A stretch of DNA of 64,000 nt. Source: Podarcis bocagei (lineage: Eukaryota). Position 1 is the stretch's first letter; each line of letters opens with the position of its first letter. The notes under the pieces are model-generated. The model was not told where the DNA came from. It was given only the letters and a program-made list of their open reading frames with translations, and ran no database searches. This document shows, one piece after another, positions 1 to 15,300 of the stretch. Location of the stretch: NCBI GenBank assembly GCA_964188305.1, contig OZ076885.1. One strand, given 5' to 3'. The position numbers and the translations under genes were made by a program.

Positions 1-328
1 TCTTGGGATCCACCACAGCTCCCTGCCCCTCATCATCCTGCCACTCCATCAATGTGCCCTCTTCATCTGCTAGAGCCCCCTCAGGGCTGGGAGGCTCATC
101 ATCTGTTGGGATCTCAGTGAGGGACATGCGGGAGCCAGAAAATTCAGGCTGATGGGGCATGGGAATGTAGGGCAACTCCTCTGGGTCATCAGAATCCGAA
201 GAGGAGGACAACACCGAGGTCTCCTTGAGGAGGCGAGGCACAGCAATAGACAAGTGGCTGGATGTGTCCTCTAGGAGCTCAGGAATTGGCCGTGGCACCA
301 TGTTGCACTTGTAGCTGATCTGGGAGCG
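1..328 (-). CDS. SPEG: Start of the large inter-kinase exon [19 protein letters not shown]...[15 protein letters not shown] (truncated by the window edge)
   Basis: ccccag| acceptor; frame stays open to position 1. Confidence 0.96.
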
Positions 329-3300
329 CTGGGGAAAGAAAGCACACACTGAGGGGAGAATGGGATGGAGCTCAAGCAAAGACCCAGAGAGCCTCTGTTC
401 CACCCACACCTCATTTCACAGGCTTGGCTGCCCACCCTCTTGATGAGGTCAGACTGTAGCTCCCATCATCCCTGACCACTGGACACGTTGGTTGACCAAC
501 AACATCTGAAGAGCACCATGGAAAACTGTCAGGGTCATTTGCCCACACAGACACTCACAATTACACACACACCACTTGTGCTCCACGGCAGCATTTTCTG
601 CACAATGATGTCCACCTTACCATCCACCTCCTCCTTAATTTTGCTGCTGGAATTCACAACCACAAATCAACCAATCAATAAATTGCCAGCACGCTGACAG
701 GTACCAATTTTACCTGCCATTTCCGGCGAGATATGAAGAGCTTGAGATGATCTGTACTGATGCTCTTGCCCTTGGCTAATGTCTGAAAGGAAGGGTGGAA
801 GCAGGCAGGGTCAGAAGAACAAGCAGAGCTCTGTAGCCGGGTCAAAACAAAGGCCTTTCTAGTCCAGCCTGTTTCCCACAGTGGCCAAAGAGATGCCTCT
901 GGCTCAGGCAGCTGGAAAGAGTTGCTTTTGCTCCCTGCATGTGTGGCAGAAGCCTTTGCTTGAAGGAACCTCTCCCACTTTGAGCTACCAAGATTTTTTC
1001 CTGCCTGGAGAAAGGCACCACCACCCAACATGGGCCCTACTTCTCTTTCTAAAGAGGCATCAGCAAATGGACTTACCTTGAACCAGGGGTGTTCCAGGGT
1101 CTGATCTGCATTGGGTCTCCTGGGAAGGAAAACAAGAATGAGTCAATATGTAGACACAGCATTTGCTAGTGTAGAGGAAAGCTGCAGCTAAAGCCCACAC
1201 ACCCCACACTTCCATACACTGCTCCTCAGCATGTCCTTTTCCTTTCCTTCTGCTTCCTCCAGCCCACCTCCAATCACTCTCCTCTCTCCCACCAAAAGCA
1301 GAATGGCTTCCTCTGATTACTTGCCTTCCAACGCTCCTTCTTCCCAGGCTTGAATCAAAGGACTGTGAGAGCATTTCCTTGCTTTCTAGAACAGCTAACA
1401 AACCTCACAGCTTAAAAAGAGTGGGATCACTCTTGCACAATCACCTTTTTTTCCCAAGAGGTAGGATTAAAATACATTACATAAATAAATAAATAACACA
1501 CTATTCTTGCTTTTTGGCGGGGTGGGGTTGTCCCCAAGCATTGTGTGTCTTTGGCCTCCTTCAGACAACTTTACTGAGCTGTCATCCTGATTTGCTTAAA
1601 CAAAGCTTACATAGACAGAGGTTATGCCATGTCTGGTCTTCATTGAGCATTCATTCCAATTTGTTTGTGGGGGAGATTATACAACAATGATCGTTCATCC
1701 TCATTAGCTAGTTTGGGGATCTTATATCTCCTTAACCATTCATTCGTCCCACACTTTCCAATGCATTTCTCTGTAATTTTCCTAAGAGCAAAAGGTGTGT
1801 TAAAGTGGATGTAGTGCGTGTTGGCCCCTTTGGGCAGTTGTGTGTGTGTGTTCTGCAATATGTTCTTGGCACAATAACAGTCCATTAGAGATTTATTTTG
1901 GTTTCCTTTGACTTCTGTAATGCTTCCTCAATGCTATCACATTATTGCCACCTGTAGGGGCTATAAGACTACAAAAGCTGAACAAAAGTATACCAGAATC
2001 CTTGTGGTATAAAAAGTCGCAGGATTTCAACAGGAAGCCACAGGATCATGTGTGGCCCCCCTGAGAGCATTCTGAGCACAAATCATCATCAATACACAAT
2101 AAAAAGGTAGGGGAGGCCTGGAACTCTCTTTGGCCCCACTCTAAGGTGGCTTTTCTTTCTGTGCCTCTGGACACATAGCTTTCCCTTTCTCAGAGGAGGA
2201 ATAATTATAGTTGTTTTTTTACTCTCTCTGCCATGGGGGCGGGGAGTTTGTGTGTGGGGAGTCCTCTTTGCATCCCACACAGGTAAATGCCTCTATCTAA
2301 TCCTCAGGGAGACCCTTAATATACCCTATTACTTACAGGCGGTCATTAACCAGTACTTTGATAACAAAGCCTTTAGCCTCTCTCGTCAGTCCTGTGAACA
2401 TACTCTCCTCAAAAGCCACGTTGTAGTTGCGGATGTTCATGAGTGTGGTCTTGTCGTTCTCACCCACAAACGGGGAGATCCCTGTGAGACTGAGAGAGGG
2501 AATAGTCAGAAAATCATTTGCTGGCAGGCTTGGGGCAAGCTTTCTGGGTTTCCTATGCCCTTGCATGCAAGGATGTAGTGATGGGGTGAGGAAATTTACC
2601 AGGGTAGCTTTTCAAGGTTCCCCAAGCCATAATTCACACCCTGGAGACAGTAGAGCATGGCTCTCTGGAGAGCTGAATGGGAACACTATGTCAAAGCATA
2701 GTGGTGGAATTATCTGCTTCCAGGACAAGCAAGAGCCCTGGTATTTCTCATTGTGCCTTCTCTTTACCATAATATGGTAGAGCTGCAAGAGAGACGGGAA
2801 GAACCTGAACAGTCCTAGCATAGTCCTCCAACCTGAGGCTTACCATAGATATGTGATTACTCCCACTGGCCTGTAAAAAAAGAACAGACAAAATTTCAGT
2901 GCTTTGACAGGACATTTCTAGGAGTTTAGTTATATGATCCAGGTGGTACCTATACTTAGTGATCTTAAGGATAGATAGATTAAATGGGATGATGGCATCA
3001 GGGTTGAGTTGGTTGAGGTTCTTTCCAACTCAATGATTCTGTGATTGTAAGGTTAGGGTCTGGACAATAGAAGGGCTATTTCAGTTGTCAGATAAGGTGT
3101 GGTGGCTTTGTTCTGCAAAATACGGTAGATGGTCAAGTAGAAGTGATCTGTTTCTACAGGAGCTAAAAGCTGGAGACCCCTCTGCCAGAAGAGAGCCTTT
3201 TGGGAAGGGGGCTTACCTTCCCTCTCCCAGTTGTGGAATGTGCTAACTCATATGCCTCAGTTTTTGCTCTCTGCAAGAATACTATGTTGCTAGTGGCCCC

Positions 3301-6300
3301 CCTAATCTGATGAGGGAGAAGCATCTGCTGGAGTGTGTTTAATGCTTTGAAACTCCACCTATGTTCAACTTGTACTGTATGCATGTGAAAATAAACCATA
3401 TGTCACAAAACAAAAGCAAGCCTTCAGAAATCAAGTTTATGACACACCCCTGGAGTTCTCACTGCTTTGAGCCTTGAGGTGCATGTAACGATAGATAGAT
3501 TAGATTAGCCCCGGCTAGCAAATGGTATGACTCCATGATCAGGGAGTCCAGAGCACCAGGCCATTCTAGGGTCTGCAGTGTTTGGATTTGTAACAGTCTT
3601 CAAGAAGTCGGGATCCAACTTAAGGTTGAAACAAATACACTACAGTAGAATGGGCAATAATGAGCCAGTGCATCATGCTCACACTCCCCAAGTAAGACTT
3701 ATACAAAAGTGTTTTGCACTGTCCTTAAGGGGAAACAGCATGGGCTGATCTGCAAGAGTCAACGCAACAAAACAAGCTGCACAGTCCATGACAGGGAGCA
3801 ACCCTGATGCCTCTCTTGTGCAGACTCTGCCCCATGCAAACCAGCAATTGCAAGCCCAGGTCCAATTGAGTTTGTTCTTCCAATAGGCATCCCACAGTCC
3901 CAGAAAAATCTTCTGGACTACAGGTTAAGCAAGGGCCTATCCCAGGAATTCCTCCTCCCTGAAATTGCCCAATACTCAAGCTCAGGAATTCCCCTTTAGC
4001 TTTTAATTGCTCCTTTCTGGTGCTCCTTTCAGAGATGTGTGTGCACAGACATACATCATATTGTGCAGGTGCATCTGTTTACCAGACATCGGTGACACCG
4101 GAGACTGGACTCTGGCTGACAATCTCGGGGCCCACAAATTCGGGGGTGCCATACTTGCAGTACTGCAGCTCATCCGGAATCAGCTCTTGGGCATTGCCAA
4201 AGTCACAGATCCGCACCTGATCGCTGCCGGGTTCAGCCAGCAGCAAGTTTTCAGGCTGTGGGAAAGGCAAGTGGAGAGGTATTAAGGAGGTGCCCCGAGA
4301 AAAAGCTGCTAAGTAAGCCAAATAATTCACAACTCTGAAATGTGACAGATACTCACCCACAATAGGCACAGATTACAGAAATCATTCCCTTCTCCAGGGG
4401 ATTCCCTACAGCCAACATTGCATTATTCACACCAGTGAGCTATGCTGTGGTCTTCAGAAAGGTGTCTAGCCCCTTTTCATGTCCACTACTTCCTCAATGT
4501 CATGCATGCTTGTAACTATTTCCAGCAATCTCCTGAATGGAGGAGCATGTGTGTTTATTGATCCCTTAGATTTGCACAAATCCAGAGAACTGTACCAGCA
4601 GGTCACATAAAAATTTTCAATGCCATCCATCTCCTCCAGGTTGTATGGATGGAGATCGGAAAAGTGAACCACAACCTACCCTCCAGAGGTGGCACAGCCA
4701 GGTATGGCAGGAACCTTTATCTGAAAAACGCACCCAGCCAGAGGTGAAATAAAAAGTGGCAGGTTCCTTTTCTCTCTCTTATAATAATTACAGGGTGGGG
4801 AGCCCAGGCCACCTCTCTGTCATCAATTCTTTTGAAGTGTGATATTGTAGGTGGGGCGGCATCATTTCTTATCGTGTCCCATAGAATGTGCATACCTCCT
4901 GCCCCCATTTTCTTTCATTGTTTTGTGATATATGTGTCCTAATGGTGAGATTGTATACAAGGTGTGTCGTCTTCCTGGTGTTATTCCCATTCTGGACAGG
5001 GGATGGAGGGGTTCGTTCTTTCCTTTTCTCCCCTGTTTGGGGTTCTCTGTATACTATTCTGTACATTTATGTACTATGCGTGCTGGTTTACATGTTGTTT
5101 TGGTTTTATTATACCGTTCTTGAAAAATCTCAAATGTGTTTCTCAGAATAAAATAACCAGACCCAATAATTTGTTTTGAGTAAGAGAACAAAACAGAGCT
5201 CACAATCCTTTCACACAAAAATCCACTCCTGGTTATCCTCCCACCCTAAAAATGTTTTTTCTTCATTTCAGCAGTATAATTAAGGGAGGGATGCGTCAGG
5301 CACCCATTATATGCACTTTCCGGAAACAACTGAAGACATTTTTGTTCAGACAGGCTTTCCCAGCTGGATAAATGGGTCTTTACCACAAGTGTCTACATTA
5401 TACGGTTTTAGTTTTGTTTTAAATGTGTTTGCTTTTTGTGTTTTTAACTGTTTTCTATTATCTTTAGTGCACATCGTCTTGAGACAGCTGTTCAGAAGGC
5501 AACTGATAAATCAATGATGGCAATAATAATTTTGTTGCTGTCATTGTTAAACAATTGGGGAGTCAGAAATCCTTGCCAATCTACATCAAGTGACCCAGAA
5601 ATCTACTAGTAGATCACATTTCCCCTTCTGCTCACCCTTACTGTAGTTTTAATAGAATTTAAACTATACACATATAGTTTTTTATTTTTAATCTGTAAGG
5701 TGCCTTGAGTCCCACCAGGGGAAAAGGCAGGGTATAAAACAACAACATACTATCGATTACAGGTACCTTGAGAACATCACTCTCTCTATTTAACAAGCAT
5801 ATATTATAAGGGGGTTCTGCCATCAACCTCAGGTTGTTTGGAATTTTTGTTCTCACAAGGCAGTGTAACACCTTTGGCTACCCAAGCTGGTTCTTACTCC
5901 ATAAGCTCCCCAGAACCTCCTTGCAGCCCATTCATTAGCCCAGTGGAGATCTGGTGGAAAGCCAAGGATGTTAGGGAATTGAAAAGCAAGGGAGACAAGC
6001 CTGGGGCCTTCCAATTGTTTCTGCAATACAGGATAGCAGTTCTCACCAACACATTTCTTGAGCAAAGTCTAATTCCACAGCATCAAAGATCATATTAGTT
6101 TAGCCATTCCCTGTCAGGGCAGGGCCTGACAGACAACAAAAGGACTGCTGCCCAGGAAGGAAGGAACACCTGCTGAGAGTCTGAGGGTCCTGCTCCTGCC
6201 TCTCTCCACCAGGCCTAGGGCGGGGCCTGAAAAAAGGACTGCTGCTGCCCAGCAGAGAATACTGTTTACATTCTTTAAAAGTGCTTTTTAATTGTGTTTT

Positions 6301-9300
6301 TTATTTTTATTTTAAAAAGTAAATTGTTTTTAACTCTTTTTATATGTTGGGGTGTGTGTTATTCAGCTGTTTCTGTTGATATTTTGATTATGTATTTTGT
6401 GTTTTTTATATTGTAATTTTATCTTGTGAACTCCCCTGAGACCTGCGGATACAGGGTGGTATATAAATTTAATAAAGAATAATAAGGAATAATAATTTTG
6501 CTGCACCACACTAGGTTCCTTGGGAAGGACTGGTAGTTAAACTACTCTAGGAATTGTAGTTCTGTGAGGGGAGCAGCCTTAGCAAACTACATTCCCCAGG
6601 ATTCTTTGCTCGGAAGGAAGCCATGACTGTTTAAAGTGGTATCGTAGTACTTTGAATGTATGACGGGACCCATGATTTCAGTCTGTACAAAGGAAGAGTT
6701 GAAGCCCAACCCGGCTGAGCCAAATGCTCAGGGAATACAGATGAGGGCCAAGGCTGACCACAGCAGGACACGCCAGGGTGCACTCACCTTAATGTCAAGG
6801 TGCAAGATGCCATGATGGTGGAGGTAGCTGACACCCTCCAGGACCTGCCGCATGTAGCAACGTATCTGCAGGGGAGTAACCCAGCAACAGTCAGAGTAAG
6901 GTACAGTCAAAAAGAGAGGCATCCAAGTAGACACACACAGAAGTTGGGATTGGAGCCCAAACCACCAACTTCTCATTGCTATGGAAATCTGCTCGTCCTT
7001 GTCCCTGGTACTTGTTTAGCTAGGTTTTGGGTTTTTTATCTATTGCTTTTCAATCATTTTCAAACTCTATGAGTTTACTTTACCTGCTGCTTCACTGCCT
7101 GTACAACTGTTTTCTTTTGCTGTGGTTTTTTTATTATTGCATGTAAACTAATAGGAAAGCCATACAGGCTGAAAAAGGGGCGTTAATACATTTTCTAAGA
7201 AATGAAGCTCTTCCAGGACAATGAAGATAAGATGGTCTTGAGGGCCTGTTCCCATGACAGAAGCCTGCTCTTACTTCAGATTCGCTCACAGAGGTCTTCC
7301 TCGCAATCCGCTCTAGCACTTCTTCTCCTGTGCAGCTGTATAGTCCGTCAAGGGAAATGTCATGTGTAGAGACCCCACCCTGCCTGCTTCTTAAAAGCAG
7401 TGTCCTCCTAGGAGTCCCTCATAACCATTACGAAAAAATAAAATATATATATTTTTAAATGGCCTACTGCCCTGGATATTGGGTCTCCCAAGCACCACCA
7501 GATCTCCCAAATAGAGGATACAACTCCATGACAATGATGATGGCATTCCTCTTCTCAAAGGCATCATGGAAGTAGACAATGCGTTCATGGTCCAGCTGAG
7601 CTATGATGCCAAGCTCACGGCGTGCTGATTTCTTAGCTTTGGCGCGGCACGGGATGAACTTGGCGGCAAAGGCCAAACCGGAACTCTTCTGGGTCACTCG
7701 CCGAACGTACGAGAAGGCTCCCCTGAGGAACAGCACAGGTCATCATGAGGCACCACCCAGACCCATTCCTTGCTCTTCCCCTTGTTTTGTTGAGTTATGG
7801 TCATCCTGTTTTGACCTTGGCCCAGCTGGTCAAGGAAAGAGGTCAGAGGGCATGGCAAAGTGACTTCTCCTGTGAGGATGGAGGAGTGATGGAAAAGCAA
7901 AGGGCGTTCTCGAGAGAACAGGCCCAGCCCCTGCTGTTTCCTAGTCCTCTCTAGAAAACTTGTTCTAAACCTGAAGGGAGAGGCCTCCAATTAATATATC
8001 AATTAAATGCTGGTAAAGCACAGGCTTTTACCAAAGCAACATGAGAAGTCTCGGTGAAAGGCTGTAATTCCAGAGCAAACTCCCAGGGTTGAGGCTGTGG
8101 CACTATCACCAGCAGAGTGTTCTGGAAGCCGGGAGGCTTTGCCACAGTTCAGGGACAAGGTGGTAGTAAGGCAGGTGTCTGCTGCGTCCTTCCACGTGCC
8201 TGGGAGCGAGAGGTAATTGCCCCCACTCCCCCAGAAGAATCGATTCAGATTAAATCCCCATATGTGAGCAAAGGTGGAAAAGCAGCAAGATGCTGCCACT
8301 GCCTTACTGTGTGAGCTTCTGACAAATGCACTGAGCCCCAGGGATCAGCAAACTGGGGGCAAACCTGGTCAGCCCATGGGTGGACCTGTGTTTGTAAGTC
8401 CAACAAAACTCCTGTGGCCAAGTAGTGCATCCATTCCTTTGCATGTCAGGGTGACTGACCTGTAGCCCTGCAGACGTTGTTTTACTATAGTTTCCATCAC
8501 TGACCATGTTGGCTGGGACTGATGGAGCCCAACAACATCTCCATGGTCACAGGTTTCCCATTCCTTTTTAAGGAGCCTTCAAGCCTGAGCCACCTCACAC
8601 CAAGAGGAAGGCCCAGTATAACCTGCCTTATCTTCCCTGAGGACTCCCTCACCTGCCAATCTCCTCGTGGACATCGTAATATTCAGCCAGGCGACGAGCT
8701 GTGTGTGCGGCTTCTTCTGCCCGTGCGGCGTCAGCATCTGGCACAGCTAGAGAGAGCAACAGTGGGAGCAGCAGTGATAGATCAGGGGTATTTAGAGTGG
8801 GGGGGGGGAGCATAAGCAGCACAAGACCATGACTCCTCCTGTCCCCCTTTGACATTCACCTGGGAAGCTTCATCATCCTCATGCAGAGCTGACTCTTATC
8901 CTATTGGCCCACACTGCTACAATATGAAGAGAGGAATAAGGCTTGTGCAAATCTTTATGGGTTGTGCAAATCTTTAGTAGGAAGTCCATTATGAGAGACT
9001 CCCTTATGGACTTGGGTTTAAATTAGTGGTTCCCAAATCTTTTCACCATGGACCATTTGAAAATTTCAGAGCATCTTGTTGGACCACCACATCATTTTTC
9101 TGCCTCGTGTAGCAATTATGATGTCTTTCTTATATATTGTTATTCCATGGAATTCAAACTTTAATACAATAAAATACAATATGAGAAATAAAAGAAGCAG
9201 TACAAATACAATTAAAAATCAATATCACTATTTAATGCAATGGGTGCGCCATTCCCCATCTTCAACCGCAAATCCACGGGCACACCTGAATGAGTGAATT

Positions 9301-12300
9301 CCTGGCTTAAACATCATTAGGGAAGGGATGAGCATCCGCATTCACACTCTGGGTGTGTTTCCAAATTCACATTTGACAACGTAAGAACATGACAAGGCTC
9401 CTGCTTAATCAGGCTAAAGGACCATCTGGGGTAGGACTCTGTTCTCACAGTGGCCAACTGGGCACTGTAGCTCAGCAGTAGAGTACGTGCTCCACATGCA
9501 AAAGGTCCAAGGTTCAGTTCCTGGCATCCCCAGATAGATCAGGGGAAGACACCTACTTAGAACTCTGTAGACAATACTGTGCTGGATTTTATAAACTGGT
9601 CTGATTGTATAAACCAGTTACCAATGTTCCATGTAGGGCTCTTAGGCTGGAACAGAGCAGAGATGGTCAATATAGCTCCTGTGATGGGCAGGCAGTCTCT
9701 GGTTTGGTCAGGACCACTCTCAGTATGAGAGGAGCGTGGCCTTCTACCCTTGCCTAGTCAAGTCAATGGAATCTTCTGCCTCTTGTACTAAAGCCTCCAA
9801 CTCCACCAACTGACCTCAGAGATACTGGGTTGGACAGCACACATGCCATCACGAGATTTGAGCATTGCCAGTTGCAATTCTAGCCTTGCCGTCACACCCA
9901 CCATGGTCCAGTAGGAGACCCACAGCCAACACTGCTTTTGCAGTCCTGGCACCCAACTAAAGCCCAGCAGCTCTTATGACTAGCACGATATCACGTACCT
10001 GCATGGACGACCAGCTCAGCCTTGCAAGACACTTCTCCAGCCAGGTTGCGGGCGATGCACGTGTAGACCCCACTGTCCTGCTCTGTAGTGTTCAGCACAA
10101 CCAGCGAGCATTCGCTCTCCTCGTACACAAAGCTCAGGTGGTTGCTTTCCGTCAGGAGCACCTCATCCTATTGGGGATGTTTCATCAAGACAAGCCACTT
10201 GCAAACATCAGGCAGGCAGAACCATTTCATGTGGCAGGCTTCCCCAACCTGTTGCCCTCCAGATGTTCTTGGACTACAATTCCCGTCTTCCCTAAGCACA
10301 GGTTGAGGAAATCTCCTTTATGGTTTTCTCTTACTGTGCTGTTACAGGCCCAGTTTTCTTCAGGAAACTGTAAAAGGATCGAGCTTCTCTTTGAGACGCC
10401 CTGTCCAAGGCCCTTTCCTCAATTGATTCTCTTTCTGAACAAACCCAAGTGTCTCTACTTAGTTGTACTACTCAAGATGCAGGGAAAGAGAATATTAGGC
10501 AGGCCTTAATTCCACACCATTGGGCCTTGGCTATTCACATGAAAGGACAGAAGGCACATGCCCCGCTTCCAAGCACCTAGTCACTGAGACTCCTGACTAT
10601 CTCATGTCGGGCCAAGAAGCCCTTGAGTTGGTTAGGATTGAGAGGAATCTGCTCCACTGAGGAGAAGGCCATGGCTGAGATATCATGGACCCTAGGAGTT
10701 AAAACTGAGAGCCACTGACAGGGTGGACACAGTAGACGCATAGACTGAAGCTTAGGAACATCCTTCAGTCACAGGCAGTCTCCCCAAGACCAAGACCCAC
10801 ACTCACCTTGTACCACATGATGTCCGGGAGGGGTTTGCCCTCCACCACTACAGAAAACTGTGGCGTCTCGCCCACCCCAATGTCAATGTCTTCCATGATC
10901 GATTCAAAGCGGGGCGCCTCTGGGGACAGAAACACACAATCTGTTGAAGCAAGGGAAGATCCCCTCCCCTCCCTAAGTGACCCCAAAATAAATAAATTTC
11001 CCAGCTTAGTTCACTAAAGAAGCTGCATATCTTACTCCCTCTCTCCCTCTGGGGAAGACCTTCTCCTCTGGCCTTGTGATATCCAGCTTATGTGAAAGCC
11101 TAGGACTGAGAGCAGACTGCTGCCCCTTGTGATACCTGGCTGTAGCTTGGGTGAGCCCTAAGTTTGCTTCCAGATTCTGGGAAGAGCTTAAAGGCAAGTT
11201 CTATCCTAATAAGTGAGGCTGTGACTCCATATATAAGGATGTGGAGCATGGTCATCAGCGGAGACACGGCTGAGAGCCAAGACTGGGGATGAAGTTGGAG
11301 CATGTCAGGGGTTCTGGGCATCCCATACCTGCCAACTCCAAGCTGATGAAGCAGTGGTCATATCCATGCTGGTTGCTCACCTCGCAGGTCATTTCCCCCA
11401 CATCCCCCCTGCCCACCCGGAAGAATCGCAAGGCGTGCTGGTCATCATCGGGCATGCTCATCTCCCAGCTGGCATCGCTGTCCTTCAACACCACACCGGA
11501 CCTGGCAGGGACAAGGCAGAAGAGCATGGGATGGGAGGCTCAGGGTTGTATTCAACATAGTGCTAAGTCAGGCGCCTGCTAGCAGCACAAGGATTACTGC
11601 TAGTACAAAAGGACTACCCCCCTGCACACTCACCCTTTATCTGTTCTAGGGGTTCTCCCAGGCTGGCACCTTCTGCATGCCAAGCAGGTGTTCTACCACT
11701 GAACTATGTCTCTTCCCCAAAGTGGTAGGACCCACAGGGTGGGATTCTACTAATAGCTCAAGAATTTCCACTTGCACAATGGGAGTTAGTAGAAGACCAC
11801 CTTATAAATCCCACTACTTTGGAGAAGAGACATAGTTCTGTGGTAGAGCATCTGCTTGGCATGAAGAAGGTCCCACGTTCATTCCCTGGTGTCTCCAGGT
11901 AGGGCTGGGAATGTTCCCTGTCAGAGATCCACAACCAGGTAGTATACACAACACTGAACCAGATGGATTGCCAGTCTGACTCGGCATAAGGGAGCCTCCT
12001 CTGTTGCACCCCTTTTGCCACTACTAGCAGTTCCTTGTCACCTTGCCTCACCAACTGCCTCTGTGGCTTCATACCAAATCCAGGTTCCTCAGCAATTAAG
12101 AGCACAGCTCTTGCTTCTGTTCAGAATCTTAACACTGAGCTCCTGATGAGAAGCACGACATATTTCATGGGGGTGACTCATAACACAGCTCTTTTGATTA
12201 ATTTGAAACATAAACATTAGCAGCATGAGGAGCTGTTGAGTCACACCTGAAACTAAAGTTATACAATATAAAAAATGTGTTATAATTCCTTTTCATGCAT

Positions 12301-15300
12301 ATTCCAATAAATTAAAAGATGGTGAGAATGAATGTTCAGCCAAACACTGTATAACCCACTCAGTGCCGTAGGTTGCTTAAATTGTGACTATTTCATCCTT
12401 GGCATCCACCTAAGATATTTCAGCCATATATCTGAAAGTGGGAACATGAGACGCACAGGTGTTTGCAGAGACCCATTAGGGTACTGTTAGGGGAGAAAGC
12501 AGGGAGCCCAAACTGTGGGTGGAGCCAGAGGCAATGACATACAGAGCTAACTAATCCCAGTTTGGTACCCATCCTTCCTGTAAAAAGACTAAGGAGGAAG
12601 AAACTGAGAGCCAGTACCATCTCCTGGACTGTTTGTAACTACAAAGACAGACAAGTAGGGGCTGGGATTGATGGCAATCTGGGATTGTGGGGCAGCATCC
12701 CATTCTCCCTTTTTTTTTTTTTAAACCATTACAAATTGTTTGGTTTTATTCCCATTTCTTGTCAGAAGAGGAGTTTTCTAAACATATGGGTTGATATACA
12801 ATGCTTCCCCTCCACTGACACAAGGCGTCTATCAGAGGAACTGAGAAGTGGGGCAATTTTGGGTAATTTGGTTGAGCCTTTGCGGTTCCCTGAACCGCCC
12901 CCTCAAAATCTTCTCCAGAGGGTTATAGAGCAGATTAGGTGGAAGGGGGGGTTCCAAAGGGGAGGAGGAATTGCCCAAAATTGCCTTCACCCCCTGTCCT
13001 ATTTACAGATGCCTTCCGTCAGCAGAGGAGCATCCCATTCTTCTAATGGACCAGCCTCCACTGCAAAGACCTGTATCAGATAGGTGGACTCACCAAAGGG
13101 GACATGATTTGCCATTGCTGATTTCAACATTTGATGGCAAACCCAGGCTTGCCCTCCAAGCTAAGGACAAAATGGCCTTTAAATTGTGAGTCCTTCAGCG
13201 ACATCAGATTTTCTGGTGAAATTATTCTACCTCACCTTGAGCCTGGAGACTAGGGTAGGCTATAAACAAGCAATGAAATAAAACACAGCAAAAGCCAAAT
13301 ACCTTCCTCTTAGAAAAAGTCCCTCCTTTGTTTATTTTTTCTTTCCCTTTCACCCTCCTCCTCCCTTTCCCAAAGATACAAGGCAGCTGTTCTCATCCCA
13401 GGTCTTAACATCGTCATGGCACATGCAGTTGACTCAACAGCCTACCAAGAAGTCTGTGAGCTGGATTCTATAGAAGTGTAACTTGGGAGCTTCCCTACCT
13501 TCTCCAGGTGACAGCAACCTCTACGTGGTTGAGGGTTACAGTGATGCTGGCCGGCTGCCCCTCCACCGCATACACCACATCCGGCTTGTCCAGGATCATG
13601 GGGGCCTCTGCTAGGTAAGGCCCTGCAAGCACAGCCACCATAGCAGACAACACAAGAAGGTCAGTTTGCTGTTCTAGATCGGGAATATGGAACCTGTGGT
13701 CCTCCAGAGGTTGCTAGACCACAGCTCCCATAATCCCTCACCATTGGAAATGCTGGCTGGGACTGCTGGGAGTGGAGGCCAACTTCTGGAGGAGACACAG
13801 GTTCCCTACCCTGGACCATCAGTATGTAGGGGAGTGGACAGATATCCAAATTCTCAGCTAGCTAGGTTAGATTCCTGTTTTGACACATCAAACAGGAACC
13901 CTTCCTTTGGGGGTTCACATTCCAGAGGCCATTCCTGAATAATTCCTGATTTATTGTACCCAGACACTGAGCCCGGAGCCGAATCTCCTCTAGCCCAGAA
14001 TAAGCATTATGCCACAAGTGCTCTAATATGGGCTCTTGGCCGCAAGGGGGAAACCCCTTCTAGCAGTTCTTTCGTGGGATTTTCAATGTGTATAGAGAAC
14101 ATGCCAAGCAAAGGATTCAGCAACTTTACTTCAACAGAGGAGCTACTACAAAGATGCTGGAGGTGGCAAGCAGTTCCCCCAAGGGAGAAAGCATTTATGG
14201 CTTTCTGCCATGGGCTCTGGAGAAACAATGACATTGATTATATCAGAATCTTTATATTTAGGATTAGAACCTGAGTAAACCCTGCGGCCTAATTATAAGA
14301 CTAGAAAGGAGCAGAAAGTTAGAAATGCAACCTTTCCTTCTGTTTTGTTATGGGCCTTTGGCTATTTGCTTCTGTCTGATTCTATCTAAATATGTTTCTT
14401 GTTTAACCACCAGAGCATCAGACTGAGACTGGGAAAATCTCATTTGCCCTCAGGCATCATCACTGCGGCTTGGGGTATGTGTGTGTGAGGAGACTACCAT
14501 AGTGTCAGCTTCTTTTCCATTTCCCTCCTCCTAGTTCCACCTGCCCCCCCCCCCCCGCCACCTGTCCTCTTCCCCTTCCCCTGCTTTGATGCTGCCTTAC
14601 CACGATCAAGGAGCTGCACAGCCTCAGTGGGTGGAGAGGGCTTGCTATTAGCCTTGGCTGTAGCTGTGAGTACACGGAACATGTAGCGGATGCCCTTCTT
14701 CAGAGCCAGGACGGTGTAGCTGGTGTCATGCACCCCCGTGGCAATCACAGTCCAGTGGCTGCTACCCAGGACTTGCTGCTGGATGGTGTAAGTCACAGCT
14801 GCAGGGTCTGAGAACAGAAGAAGAGAACTTCCAGCAGAAAGCTAGTGAGGCTATGCATCATTTGTCCAGAGTCAGGACTTTGTGCTTTGTTTGTATGCCA
14901 CCCCCCCCCCTCAATACTACGGTAGTGGGGAGGCAAGCAGCTGTCTGTGAGTAACAAGGATATGGCAGGCTGTTGGGAAAACTGGATAATACTCACCCTC
15001 TGGATAGTTTCTCGCCCTTAAAGCTAATTGATGCCCTTTAGATTCGCATGAACAACAGCTTTTGGTCAGCAACAACAGAAGTAAAACAGCAAAGTTTCTA
15101 GTCCTTATGGGCTAAGCAGGATATGCTTGGAAATGTGTGAGTAACACCACCTGAAATTTTCAGGTAGCTGTATAAGATTTGTGGTAAACTGTTTTACCGG
15201 CCTGCACATATTTTGTATACCATAAAGTATACAAAATAACAGCAATTGTGCAAATTGGCTTAATTTGCAAAATGCAGCTTTTCTGAGGCACAGCTTTGTA

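Noticed and set aside
9460-9530. tRNA gene
   Set aside because: Degenerate cloverleaf continuing into a SINE body shared with 11826-12005; it is a SINE head.
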